A DNA stretch of 38,048 bases, taken from the IMG/VR virus record IMGVR_UViG_3300025127_000099, positions 1-38,048 of that record, one strand, 5' to 3'. Of the stretch, positions 9,723-19,395 are shown piece after piece. A program made the position numbers and the translations under genes. The stretch's first letter is position 1, and each line of letters starts with the position of its first letter. The stretch comes from a virus (Duplodnaviria > Caudoviricetes). Below the pieces are notes generated by a model that was not told the DNA's origin, searched no databases, and saw only the letters and a list, made by a program, of their open reading frames with translations.

Positions 9723-11890
9723 TGGGATTTTTTAAAAGTATAGGAAGAGCTTTTAAATCTATAGCTACAGATATACTACCTCCAGTTATATTGGGTAGTA
9801 TTCCAGGAGCTGGACCTTTTTTAGCCGCAGCTTATTCAGGTATTAAAACTGGTGTAGAAACAGGTAGCCCATTTGCTGGTATTGGATCAGCTGCTATGTC
9901 TTTTGGTTTAGCTCAAATAGGACAAGGTTTAAGAGGACAAGGTCCGGCAGCTTTAGATGTTGCAAGTCCAATAGGTGGGACAAGTCCTATCGATGCAACA
10001 AAAGGATATGCATCTTTTATGGGAAGTCAAACAGCAAAGGGTGGAGTAGAAGGTGCACTCGCCAGAGGTGTACAAGCAAACGTGGTTTCAGATATAGGTG
10101 TTAGTCCTCGTTTTGCTGAAAGTGGTTTTAAAAAAATTGCTGATGCAAGTGGAAATGTTACAAGAATAGTTAGACCAGATTTGGTTTCTACAAATGTTGC
10201 TGGTGATGTAATAGCTGATCAAACATCAAGACAAATACTTAAACCAACATCAGGTATTATGGGCTTTGCTAAAGATGCTGCTGACATAGCAATGAAACCT
10301 GCACCATTATTTCAAGATGTAGGGATTAATTATAATGTAAGACCAGCTACTCTTGCCGGTCTTGGTTTTGTGGCTAAACAAGCAGGAACACCTTTACCAG
10401 AACCAGAGCCACTACCACTTATGCAACAACAACCACAAAGAGATCTAAGTAGATTTGCTTATAAAGGCCCATTACAAAGAGGAGAATATCAATATGCTGA
10501 TCCTGAATCTTTATATGGTAAAAGAGATGCTAGTACCTATGGATATGTAGGAGCTAAAGAAGGGGGAGTTATGAAGTTTCAATTAGGCGGTGCTCCCATG
10601 ATCGGTGGTTTTTCTCCTATTGACCCAAACATGAGACCAGTTCCCTCAATACCTAGAACGGGTGGTGAGCCTTCTATAAATATTGTTAGTCCTCCAGGTG
10701 GTCAAGCTGAACCTATTTCAACAGCTAACTTCATAGGACCAGCTCCTATTAATCAACCGCCTATGACAGGTATAACTCAAACATTACAAAAGGCGAGTCA
10801 ACAACAACCGGGTATGCCTACACCAAGTCCAACACAAACATTACAAGGTTTGTCACAACAGTTATCCAAAGATGTAAACTTACAACCACCAGCACCATTA
10901 CCGACTCAAGCCCCTATGATGCCACAACAACAATTAGATGTTCAAGGATTACTTAATCAAAAAGGCATGAATGAATTAAGTAACCTTATTAAAGATCTAC
11001 CACGTAAACCTTTAGATATTTCTATTAGTGGTCTTGGTAGTCTTGGCTTAGCTGTCGGTGGTCAAGTTCCGGGCATGGCTGGAGTTTCTCCTATATCACA
11101 AACGGCTATGTCACCTATAGCTCCCCAACAGTCCCCAACTACACCTGCCCAAGAACGACCCAAAAATCTAACTATCGGTCAAAGTTCAACAATGGATCCA
11201 ACAGCCGTAGAAACCACTAAAGCTGTATATGGTGAAGGAGGTGATCCTGGTGAAAAAGAATTTATAAATATGTTTAGTAGTATATTTAACAGTAATCCAA
11301 ACATTGTTACTCGTATAGCTCAAAAAGAATTAATACCACAAGTTGGTAGCCAAATGTATCAACAAATGAAAGATGCTAATGCTTTTGCTCCGGGCTTACC
11401 AATACAACAACCAACGATACCAGCTATTGGGGAAGATAAAGAACCAAAACAAATGGCTGAAGGTGGAGAGGTAGAGTCCAATCAAATGTTACAAGAGAAT
11501 GCATTCGTTATACCAGCAGATGTCGTAGGTCACATAGGTGACGGTTCATCTGATGCTGGTGCTCAAAGATTACAACAGTTTCTGGGTATGAACCCGCAGC
11601 AGTACCAGGCGGGTGGGATTATGGCGGGTGAATTACAAGGACCGGGTGGTGGTATGGATGACCTCATTCAAACCAGCATTGAGGGCAAACAAGCAGCAGC
11701 TGTGAGTCCACAAGAGTTTGTAGTGCCACGAGACATTGTTGCAGAATTAGGAAAAGGTAGTTATGATCAAGGATCTAAAAAATTATATGCTCTTATGAGA
11801 AATGTACGTAAATTTAAAACAGGTAAAACAGAACAACCAGCTGAATTGAATAGAGGTTTAAATAATTTAATGAGATCGGCGGTTGCTTAA
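9722..11890 (+). CDS. Ejection/internal virion protein (start re-called to ATG 9722)
   Basis: TAATG overlap with the upstream stop and a GGAGG SD. Amphipathic MGFFKSIGRAFK N-terminus, Gly/Ala hydrophobic segment, Pro/Gln-rich middle, duplicated FV(I/V)P.D(V/I)V..(I/L)G.GS domain. Confidence 0.7.
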   Translation: MGFFKSIGRAFKSIATDILPPVILGSIPGAGPFLAAAYSGIKTGVETGSPFAGIGSAAMSFGLAQIGQGLRGQGPAALDVASPIGGTSPIDATKGYASFMGSQTAKGGVEGALARGVQANVVSDIGVSPRFAESGFKKIADASGNVTRIVRPDLVSTNVAGDVIADQTSRQILKPTSGIMGFAKDAADIAMKPAPLFQDVGINYNVRPATLAGLGFVAKQAGTPLPEPEPLPLMQQQPQRDLSRFAYKGPLQRGEYQYADPESLYGKRDASTYGYVGAKEGGVMKFQLGGAPMIGGFSPIDPNMRPVPSIPRTGGEPSINIVSPPGGQAEPISTANFIGPAPINQPPMTGITQTLQKASQQQPGMPTPSPTQTLQGLSQQLSKDVNLQPPAPLPTQAPMMPQQQLDVQGLLNQKGMNELSNLIKDLPRKPLDISISGLGSLGLAVGGQVPGMAGVSPISQTAMSPIAPQQSPTTPAQERPKNLTIGQSSTMDPTAVETTKAVYGEGGDPGEKEFINMFSSIFNSNPNIVTRIAQKELIPQVGSQMYQQMKDANAFAPGLPIQQPTIPAIGEDKEPKQMAEGGEVESNQMLQENAFVIPADVVGHIGDGSSDAGAQRLQQFLGMNPQQYQAGGIMAGELQGPGGGMDDLIQTSIEGKQAAAVSPQEFVVPRDIVAELGKGSYDQGSKKLYALMRNVRKFKTGKTEQPAELNRGLNNLMRSAVA

Positions 11891-12311
11891 AGTCGAAGAG
11901 GTAAAATCTTTTGACGATATTAATGAACTGTTTATGTTGTTTCCTGTTGAGATAGACCGGATGCCTTATAACGGTAAATACACAACGGAAATACTTAAAC
12001 AACAAATTGAAAGAGGGATATTGGGTTTGTTAAGAATTACATACAATGATAGAATAATCGCAGGTTATGTAATAAGAATCAATGTTTATCCAACGACTAA
12101 AAAACTGTTGGAAATCCTGTTTATCTTTGGTCGAAACCTCAACTTTCGGATAGGTAAACAAATATTTAAAAAGCTTGAAGACTTAACTAAAAAATTAAAG
12201 TTGGATGGCATTGAACTAACCGGTCGTATGCAATGGAACAAAATCTGTAAAGGATTAGGTTTTGCTGATGACCAACAATTTATACAGAGAACAAAATGGC
12301 TGACTTATTAA
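11883..12311 (+). CDS. GNAT-like protein of the ejection-protein cluster (T7 gp13 / P22 gp14 positional analogue)
   Basis: IIAGYVIRINVYP...LEILFIFG...IELTGRMQW...LGF pattern. Sits between ejection genes. TTG start uncertain. Confidence 0.55.
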   Translation: MLKVEEVKSFDDINELFMLFPVEIDRMPYNGKYTTEILKQQIERGILGLLRITYNDRIIAGYVIRINVYPTTKKLLEILFIFGRNLNFRIGKQIFKKLEDLTKKLKLDGIELTGRMQWNKICKGLGFADDQQFIQRTKWLTY

Positions 12312-14743
12312 AACGACTTAAAATTTCTGAACAACAATATGGTGTAGGAATGGAAGACAATCCATTCAAAGATACATCTCCAGATGAGTGTATGAATGTA
12401 TGCTTTGGTGGTGGTGGTTCACCGCCTCCTCCCCCACCTGCCCCGGCAACAGTTACCCAACAAACAAGTAACATACCTGAATATTTTCAACCGTATTTAG
12501 AAAGATTGTTTGAAAGAGCCGAAGGTGTAACAACAGAACCGTTTCAAAGATATGAAGGACAAAGATTAGCAGAGACAACACCTGAACAAAAAGCTGCTTA
12601 TGCTGGAGTTCAGGATATGGTTGGTGGATATAAACCATACATAGGCACAGCTGATGTGTTAACAGCTCAAGCTGCACAGCAATCAACAGATCCGATGGCT
12701 GTTGCCTCACGTATGAATCCATATCAACAGTCAGTTATTGACATACAAAAAAGGGAGGCTCTAAGAGATGCTGAAAAATTACAGCAACAAATAGGAGCTT
12801 CAGCCGTAGGAGCAGGGGCCTTTGGTGGATCACGTCAAGCTTTACAAGAAACAGAATTAGCTCGACAAACGGGACAACGACTAGCCGATATACAAGCCGT
12901 TGGTTCACAACAAGCCTATCAACAGGCCCTCAATCAACTAGCTGCGGATCGTGCTGCTTCTCTAGCTGCGGGTCAACAGTTTGCTGGATTGGGTACGACC
13001 CAACAACAGTTAGGATTAGCTGGACTTGGTGCTCTTGAAACAGTTGGTCAAACTAAACAAGCTCAACAACAACGTCCACTTGATATTGCTTACGAAGACT
13101 TTGCTCGTGAGACTACATTCCCATCACAACAAGTACAACAAATGTCTTCTGTGTTACGTGGATTTAATCTACCAACATCAACCTATGCTACGACACAAAC
13201 ACAACAAGCTCAACCGGGCTTTGGTCAACAGCTACTGGGTTATGGTTCAGGTGCTCTAGGATTATATGGTGCTGGTAAAACATTTGGTTTATTTAAAGAG
13301 GGTGGTGATGTAAACCCCGGACTAAAAGCACTAGCTAAAGAAGCCCCCGAAGCTGTAGAAAATATGGGTTATGATCCTGATGAAGTAGCTAATGCTTATG
13401 TGGGTGGTCGTATGAATTTTGGTCCAGGTGGTCTTTCAGATATTGAAAAAGGAACTAAAAGATTTATGGGAGATAGAACATATCCAGACGGCACTCCTTT
13501 ACCTCTTCAAATAGGACCTGAATTTTTTAGAAGTATGGGTGCTGAAATTATTGAAGAAAAAGATAAAAAAAATTTTAGAGATGATTCAATAAATAAATTA
13601 TCTCGAGATGCCTCTGGTTTTAGATCAGATAGAGATGAAGTTGAGCCTATAAAACCAAAAAAAGAAAAAAGTTTATTTGAAAATTTATTTGCAGAAGATA
13701 GTGGGCCAAGTGATAGTGATACTATCCAAGATGAAATTGATTTTTTACAAGGAGGTCAAGAAACAACAAATTTTTTAGAAATATTAAATCCAATAGGTCA
13801 AGCTCAAGCTAAAGCTAAAGAATTAATAGATCAAAAGAAAGAGGAACAGGAGATTGTTGATAAAAAAAAAAGTGATAAAGAGCCATCAACAATTATTCAA
13901 AGAAAAACACCGTTAATGAGTGGATCTAATGCCATGACAGGATATGCACAAAATATATTAGGAACTATTGATAAACTTGAATCTGAAATAAAAGGAATAT
14001 CTGAAGAACAAAAAGGGTCAACGAAAAGAGCTGGTGCTATTTTAGAAGGACTAAAGAAAGCTAAACAAGATAGACTATCTAAAGTTAAAGAAGATGCACA
14101 AAACGAAGGTTTAATGGAGTTTTTAAATATATCAAAAAGAATATTTGAAGCCGATCCATCAAAAGGACTAGGAGCTATTGCCTTTGGATCTTTAGCTGAT
14201 TCAACCGATAAGTTTGTAGATATTGCAAAAAGAATTAAAGACATACCAGTTCAAGAACAAGAGATAGCTTTAGAAGCAGAGCTTGGTAAATTAGAATTAG
14301 GAGATAAAGAAAGAGCTATTGCAAAAGACTTTATTACTCAAAGATTAGCTACAACGACAGCCAGAATAAATGTTCTTGACAAAGTATCAACTGCTTTGGG
14401 TAAAGGTATAAAATCTTTTTTACCAACTAATAATGATATTAATGCTATCGCAGCAAGATATTTGGGTAGAGAAACTATAGGACGAGAGGGACCTAAAGTG
14501 GCACAATATGTAGAAGAAGCTTTTGCAGAAACCTCACAATATGGAGAGCAGCAAAGACTTCAAGGTAATCCTTTAACTAAAGATGAATTAACTACAATTT
14601 TTAATAATCGTTTAGGACAAAAACTTACTAGTGATAAAAGCCTTCGTAAATTTAATCAAGAAAATACAGGTGATTTTACTAATCCAACAGCTGGTGAGAC
14701 TTTGGATAAACAAAAAAGTAGAAGAAAACCGAGCAGGGGTTAA
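12296..14743 (+). CDS. DNA ejection/pilot protein
   Basis: CFGGGGSPPPPPP..TQQTSNIPEY, Y.GQR.A, MNPYQQSVID, GAGAFGGSR motifs. Gln/Ala-rich helices, GLYG hydrophobic segment. Confidence 0.75.
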   Translation: MADLLKRLKISEQQYGVGMEDNPFKDTSPDECMNVCFGGGGSPPPPPPAPATVTQQTSNIPEYFQPYLERLFERAEGVTTEPFQRYEGQRLAETTPEQKAAYAGVQDMVGGYKPYIGTADVLTAQAAQQSTDPMAVASRMNPYQQSVIDIQKREALRDAEKLQQQIGASAVGAGAFGGSRQALQETELARQTGQRLADIQAVGSQQAYQQALNQLAADRAASLAAGQQFAGLGTTQQQLGLAGLGALETVGQTKQAQQQRPLDIAYEDFARETTFPSQQVQQMSSVLRGFNLPTSTYATTQTQQAQPGFGQQLLGYGSGALGLYGAGKTFGLFKEGGDVNPGLKALAKEAPEAVENMGYDPDEVANAYVGGRMNFGPGGLSDIEKGTKRFMGDRTYPDGTPLPLQIGPEFFRSMGAEIIEEKDKKNFRDDSINKLSRDASGFRSDRDEVEPIKPKKEKSLFENLFAEDSGPSDSDTIQDEIDFLQGGQETTNFLEILNPIGQAQAKAKELIDQKKEEQEIVDKKKSDKEPSTIIQRKTPLMSGSNAMTGYAQNILGTIDKLESEIKGISEEQKGSTKRAGAILEGLKKAKQDRLSKVKEDAQNEGLMEFLNISKRIFEADPSKGLGAIAFGSLADSTDKFVDIAKRIKDIPVQEQEIALEAELGKLELGDKERAIAKDFITQRLATTTARINVLDKVSTALGKGIKSFLPTNNDINAIAARYLGRETIGREGPKVAQYVEEAFAETSQYGEQQRLQGNPLTKDELTTIFNNRLGQKLTSDKSLRKFNQENTGDFTNPTAGETLDKQKSRRKPSRG

Positions 14744-14763
14744 AATCAAACGGATGAATAAAT

Positions 14764-17700
14764 ATGTTAGCTAATTATAAAACAGCTACCTTTCAAGAAA
14801 CTCGAAAAGAATTATTAGACAATCAAGATAAAGGTAAGCTTACACAACAAGAAGAAATTAAAAAATTTCTACAAGACAAAGGTTACGATTATCAAGATTT
14901 TTTTAATGAAGAAGATAGGTATGAAGCCGACTATTATAAACAACAGCAGGAAGAACAAGAAAAAGGTGCTGTTGCTAAACAATTATTACCTGAAAGTGAA
15001 GTAGCTCGTCCTGAATTAACTGGACTAGGTGTTATTGATTCTCCGGTAAGAGTTGCTGGTAGAGCTGTTGGTGAAGCTACAACTGGATTAAAAGATACAA
15101 TAGCTACTTTTTTTCCTAAGTTTGAAGAAAAAAGAGTTGAGATTGGTAATTTTTTAAGAGAGAGTTTACCAGAAAGTGTGCAACGATTTGTGTATCAAAC
15201 TATGGATCCTTATCACGGGGGTGAAGGACTTGGGGCTACGGTCGAAGAAACAGCTGGAAAGATCGGATCTTACTTTGTTGGTTATGGTGGTGTAACTAAA
15301 GGTCTCCAAGGTATAGCTAAAATAACTCCGGGTGCTCGATCGGTAATGACTCAAACATCTCGTAAGTTAAAAAGAAAAGCTAGAAAAGCAGCTCGATTAA
15401 CTGGAGCTGGAGTTCGTTTTGGTGTAGGTGCAACCATAGTAGAAGATCCTGAAGAAAATGTAGTAAATGTTTTAAACGAACAATTTCCAGAATCATTTGA
15501 GTTTCTTGAAAAATATACGATTGATCCAACCGATAAAAAATCTAAACAATATTTAGATGCTCTTGTAAACAATCTAGTAGCCGAAGGTGTGCTCACAGCT
15601 GGGGTAGCCACAGTTGGTGGTTTAGCTAAACTTTATAAAACTATTAGACGTAGTAAAACTGTTACCGAAAGATTTCCGTTAAAAGATTTTGGGAAAAAAG
15701 CTGGTCGATTAGATAAGATAGCTGCGGGATTATCATCTAGAATGGGTGTTGATGAGTCAACTATGGAGAAATTAATTTTAAGAGATAATGCTGCAAAATC
15801 AGCTGCAATAAAATCAACAGGTTTAGCTAGTGAATTAGAAAACTCTTTAAAAAAAATAGAGGGAATAGATGATAATTTTTTATCTGATGTTGTTAATCAA
15901 GCTTTACAAAGTAAAAACACAATAACACGATTTGTTGACGGTCGTAGATTTGAAACAGGAACTGATGCTTTAGAAGCACTTAGACAAAAGTCTCCAGAGG
16001 CAGCTAACATAGTTAAAGAAATGAGAGACAATATTGATGAATTATCTATGTCAATTAGTGATAAAGTTGGAGGAAAATTTTCAGCAACGATTGATAACAA
16101 TCTTAAAACATATTTAAACACATCCTATAAAATATTTGATGATCCTGAATATCGTCAACAAATTTTAAAAAGAGTAAAAAATTTAAAAGATGATGATGAG
16201 GTAGTTCAAAATGCCATGATTTATATGCGAGAAAAACTTGGATCAGAGGCCACAGAAGAGTTAGCTCAAAAAGAATTAATTGAATTATTAACTGATAAAG
16301 GGTCAAGAGAATTTTTTAAAAGTTTAAGTGGAGCTAAAGGATATAATTTATTTGGTAGTTCTAAACCGACAAAACCTAAACTTACTGATTTTGATAATAG
16401 ATTAAAAGCTTTATATGGAGAGGTTAAAAATCCATTTAGAAATTATTTAAATACATTTAATAAGTTATCAGTTATTAAAGCTGAACAAGATTTTTTAGAT
16501 GAACTAGCTAGTGATCTTGTATCTCGTAACATAGCCAAAGTATCTCCTAGTGGTAGAGTGGATGATGGTTTAGTTAGTGTTGAAGATGCGGCAAAAGCTA
16601 GGTTAGATAAAATATTTGGTAAAAATTTAACTGAAGGAAAAAAATTAAATATTCTTGATGAGAGTAATAGAGAAATTATAAGCTCTTTTGTTACTCAACC
16701 TAACGTAAAAAATCCATTTAAAGATGTTTACGTAAATGAAAATTATGTGAAAGCTATTAGTGAGGGTTTAAATATGTTGGAACAACCAAGTGGTAATCCA
16801 ATTATGAAAGCCTATGATTATTTTTTAAAAGCAAAAGGTTTATCACAGGTAATGAAAACAATCTACTCACCCTCAACACATGGTCGTAACGTCATGGGTA
16901 ATGTTATGATAATGGGAGCAAACGGCATGATTCCTTTTGGTAAACAAGGCAGTCAAGCTTTTGCTGACTTAGGAAAAAGATTTGCAGGTGTATCAAATAA
17001 AGAATTAGGAGAACGATTAGCTCGATATTCTGAACTTGGTATAACTGATAGTGGAGTTGGTTTAGGAACAATAAAAGATAATTTAAATATGTTTTTAAGT
17101 GAGCCTGATAAATGGTTAGACAAATCTATAGTACAAAAAACTAAATCAGCACCTTCTACATTTAATAAAAAACTATTTCAATTATATCAAGCTGAAGATG
17201 ACATATTTAAAATTATGCATTTTGAGAAAACAAAAGATTATTTAAAAAAAGCTTTTCCTAATAAAAATATTTCTGAGATTGAAAGTTTAGCTGCCAGTCG
17301 TACTCGTGATCTTATGCCCAACTATGCTCTTGTTCCTAAATATTTTAAACAACTAAGAGGTTTTCCTGTTGGAGACTTTTTATCTTTTCCAGCTGAGATG
17401 GTTAGAATTAGTAAAAATTTAATTAAATACACTCTTGATGATTTATCTTCTGGTAACTTTGAATTAACTAAACAAGGAGCTAAAAGATTAGCCGGACTAA
17501 CAACTGTTGGTATAAGTGGTGACTATCTTAAAAATAAATCAATGATGTTAATGAACATTAACAAAGATCAAGATGAAGCTATTAACAATACTATACCATA
17601 TTACGAACAAGATTATTCAAGAATATATTTAAGTCCTATTCAGAAACGAAAAGATGGATCAGTCGTAGTCGATTATGTAAATTTAGGTCCTGTTGATCCT

Positions 17701-18546
17701 TTTGAATATTTAAAATCAGCAGCTCGAATGGCACAAGATGCTGTGTTTAGTAATAAGCCAGTAAAAGGTGAAGAAGCTATGTATAAAATTTTTGATAGAA
17801 CTCTATCACCATTTTTAGGTCCATCTATGATTGTTGAAAATTTTTTAAACTTACGTTTTAATCCTGATTCATCAGATTTTAGAACCGGAGCCATAGCTAG
17901 AGGAGTGGGTGGAGCACTTTATAAAACATTTGAACCTGGTTTTGTATCTAATTTAAGAAAAAATTTACAGGCCTATAAAAGTAGACAGTTAAGGGGCGAT
18001 GAATATGGTGTCTATGATAAAGGACTACGATCAATTCCTGATGGTGATATAGATCTTATGGCTCACTTAGGAATAAGAAGGCAACGATTTGATATGACAT
18101 CTTCTATACCATATAATTTTACACCGACGTTAAGATCCTACAGTCGTCCAGACACAAAATTAAAACAACTGTTGAGAAGTAGTGTGGGTGGACAGTTTGA
18201 TCCTATTCGTCCTGTAACTCAAGAAAGAATTTATGATGCATACGTACGAGCACAAAAAAATAGACTTGTAGATCAACAAAAATTAAGAGGATTAATTAAA
18301 GATTATAAAGCCATGGGTTTTGATTTTCCAGAGATTATTGCATCATTTAGTAGATATGGAGCTTTGCCTGATAAAAAACTTGGTAAAAAAAGTAGACAAG
18401 CTTTAGAGTCATCTGATTTAAATTATTTTATTCCTGTTCCATATAGTGAAGATGTAACAGCTAGAGATATATATGGTTTACAAATACCTTATGATCAAAT
18501 GGATGATCTTTATAGATCATTGAGTAATAATAAAATAGAAAAATAA
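14764..18546 (+). CDS. Large internal virion / ejection protein
   Basis: 1260 aa and the last of the ejection cluster. KTIYSPSTHGRNV.GN, YQAEDDIFK, MPNY..VP...GDFLSFPAE motifs. Confidence 0.65.
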   Translation: MLANYKTATFQETRKELLDNQDKGKLTQQEEIKKFLQDKGYDYQDFFNEEDRYEADYYKQQQEEQEKGAVAKQLLPESEVARPELTGLGVIDSPVRVAGRAVGEATTGLKDTIATFFPKFEEKRVEIGNFLRESLPESVQRFVYQTMDPYHGGEGLGATVEETAGKIGSYFVGYGGVTKGLQGIAKITPGARSVMTQTSRKLKRKARKAARLTGAGVRFGVGATIVEDPEENVVNVLNEQFPESFEFLEKYTIDPTDKKSKQYLDALVNNLVAEGVLTAGVATVGGLAKLYKTIRRSKTVTERFPLKDFGKKAGRLDKIAAGLSSRMGVDESTMEKLILRDNAAKSAAIKSTGLASELENSLKKIEGIDDNFLSDVVNQALQSKNTITRFVDGRRFETGTDALEALRQKSPEAANIVKEMRDNIDELSMSISDKVGGKFSATIDNNLKTYLNTSYKIFDDPEYRQQILKRVKNLKDDDEVVQNAMIYMREKLGSEATEELAQKELIELLTDKGSREFFKSLSGAKGYNLFGSSKPTKPKLTDFDNRLKALYGEVKNPFRNYLNTFNKLSVIKAEQDFLDELASDLVSRNIAKVSPSGRVDDGLVSVEDAAKARLDKIFGKNLTEGKKLNILDESNREIISSFVTQPNVKNPFKDVYVNENYVKAISEGLNMLEQPSGNPIMKAYDYFLKAKGLSQVMKTIYSPSTHGRNVMGNVMIMGANGMIPFGKQGSQAFADLGKRFAGVSNKELGERLARYSELGITDSGVGLGTIKDNLNMFLSEPDKWLDKSIVQKTKSAPSTFNKKLFQLYQAEDDIFKIMHFEKTKDYLKKAFPNKNISEIESLAASRTRDLMPNYALVPKYFKQLRGFPVGDFLSFPAEMVRISKNLIKYTLDDLSSGNFELTKQGAKRLAGLTTVGISGDYLKNKSMMLMNINKDQDEAINNTIPYYEQDYSRIYLSPIQKRKDGSVVVDYVNLGPVDPFEYLKSAARMAQDAVFSNKPVKGEEAMYKIFDRTLSPFLGPSMIVENFLNLRFNPDSSDFRTGAIARGVGGALYKTFEPGFVSNLRKNLQAYKSRQLRGDEYGVYDKGLRSIPDGDIDLMAHLGIRRQRFDMTSSIPYNFTPTLRSYSRPDTKLKQLLRSSVGGQFDPIRPVTQERIYDAYVRAQKNRLVDQQKLRGLIKDYKAMGFDFPEIIASFSRYGALPDKKLGKKSRQALESSDLNYFIPVPYSEDVTARDIYGLQIPYDQMDDLYRSLSNNKIEK

Positions 18547-18573
18547 CACTCCGTCAAAATGTTGACATAACAG

Positions 18574-18602
18574 TTGACACTATAAATAAATAACTATATA
18601 TC
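18574..18602 (+). promoter_or_regulatory. Sigma70-type promoter, probably giving a leaderless mRNA for the glycosyltransferase cluster
   Basis: TTGACA (18574-79)-N17-TATATC (18597-602). ATG at 18610 has no SD. A second TTGACA lies at 18562 within the inverted repeat GTCAA-N4-TTGAC (18553-66). Confidence 0.6.
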
Positions 18603-18609
18603 TATAAAA

Positions 18610-19395
18610 ATGAAAGATGTCCATGTGGCGATCGGTTGGGACTCCCGTGAAATAGATGCTTATCAAGTATGTGAACATTCACTTGTTAGACGTTCGTCTA
18701 TACCTGTAGCTGTAACACCCTTGATGCATAATTCGTTACGGGGTTTTAATTTGTTTGATAGAGAGTGGCGAATAGATAAGAATGGTCAACACTGGGATGT
18801 GTTAGACAATGCCCCTTTTTCTACAGAGTTCAGCCATACTCGTTTTCTCATACCAGAACTAGCAAGACGTAACAAAGTAAAAGGATGGGTAATCTTTTGT
18901 GACTGTGATTTCTTATGGCTTGATGATATAAAAACTTTACTTGACGAACTTGATGATGACTATCCTGTCATGGCAGTTAAATTTAATTATGTGCCTGATG
19001 ATGGTATGAAAATGGATAATAAAATACAAACAAAATATAATTGTAAATTGTGGTCATCTCTCATGGCATTTAATATGAACCACAAAGCTAATAGGAAACT
19101 AACAAAAGGTGCTGTTAACGAAATGAAAGGTCTTGATCTCCATCAGTTTGCGTGGTTATCAAGAGGACCAAATAGTGTTGGAGAAATAAACCCAAGATGG
19201 AATTATGTTCCAGGTATAATGGGAGAGAACACTCCACTCAAACCATCAGCTGTTCACTTTTCTTTAGGTGGACCGTGGATGAAAGATTATGCTGATTGTG
19301 ACTTTTCAGATAAGTGGTTTGCTGAAAAGGCTCACATGGATTATCAAGATGGATCAACATTAAAGGACATGAAATGCCTACATTTTCACTTGTAA
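18610..19395 (+). CDS. Glycosyltransferase (GT-A fold, GT8-like)
   Basis: IGWDSRE..AYQVCEHSL, STEFSHTRFLIP, FCDCDFL (DxD), WSSLM.FN..H, WNY...HFSLGGPW. Confidence 0.8.
   Translation: MKDVHVAIGWDSREIDAYQVCEHSLVRRSSIPVAVTPLMHNSLRGFNLFDREWRIDKNGQHWDVLDNAPFSTEFSHTRFLIPELARRNKVKGWVIFCDCDFLWLDDIKTLLDELDDDYPVMAVKFNYVPDDGMKMDNKIQTKYNCKLWSSLMAFNMNHKANRKLTKGAVNEMKGLDLHQFAWLSRGPNSVGEINPRWNYVPGIMGENTPLKPSAVHFSLGGPWMKDYADCDFSDKWFAEKAHMDYQDGSTLKDMKCLHFHL

Noticed and set aside
13862-13871. A10 run as a programmed slippage site
   Set aside because: It encodes in-frame Lys codons in an AT-rich gene, and no supporting alternative ORF was seen.
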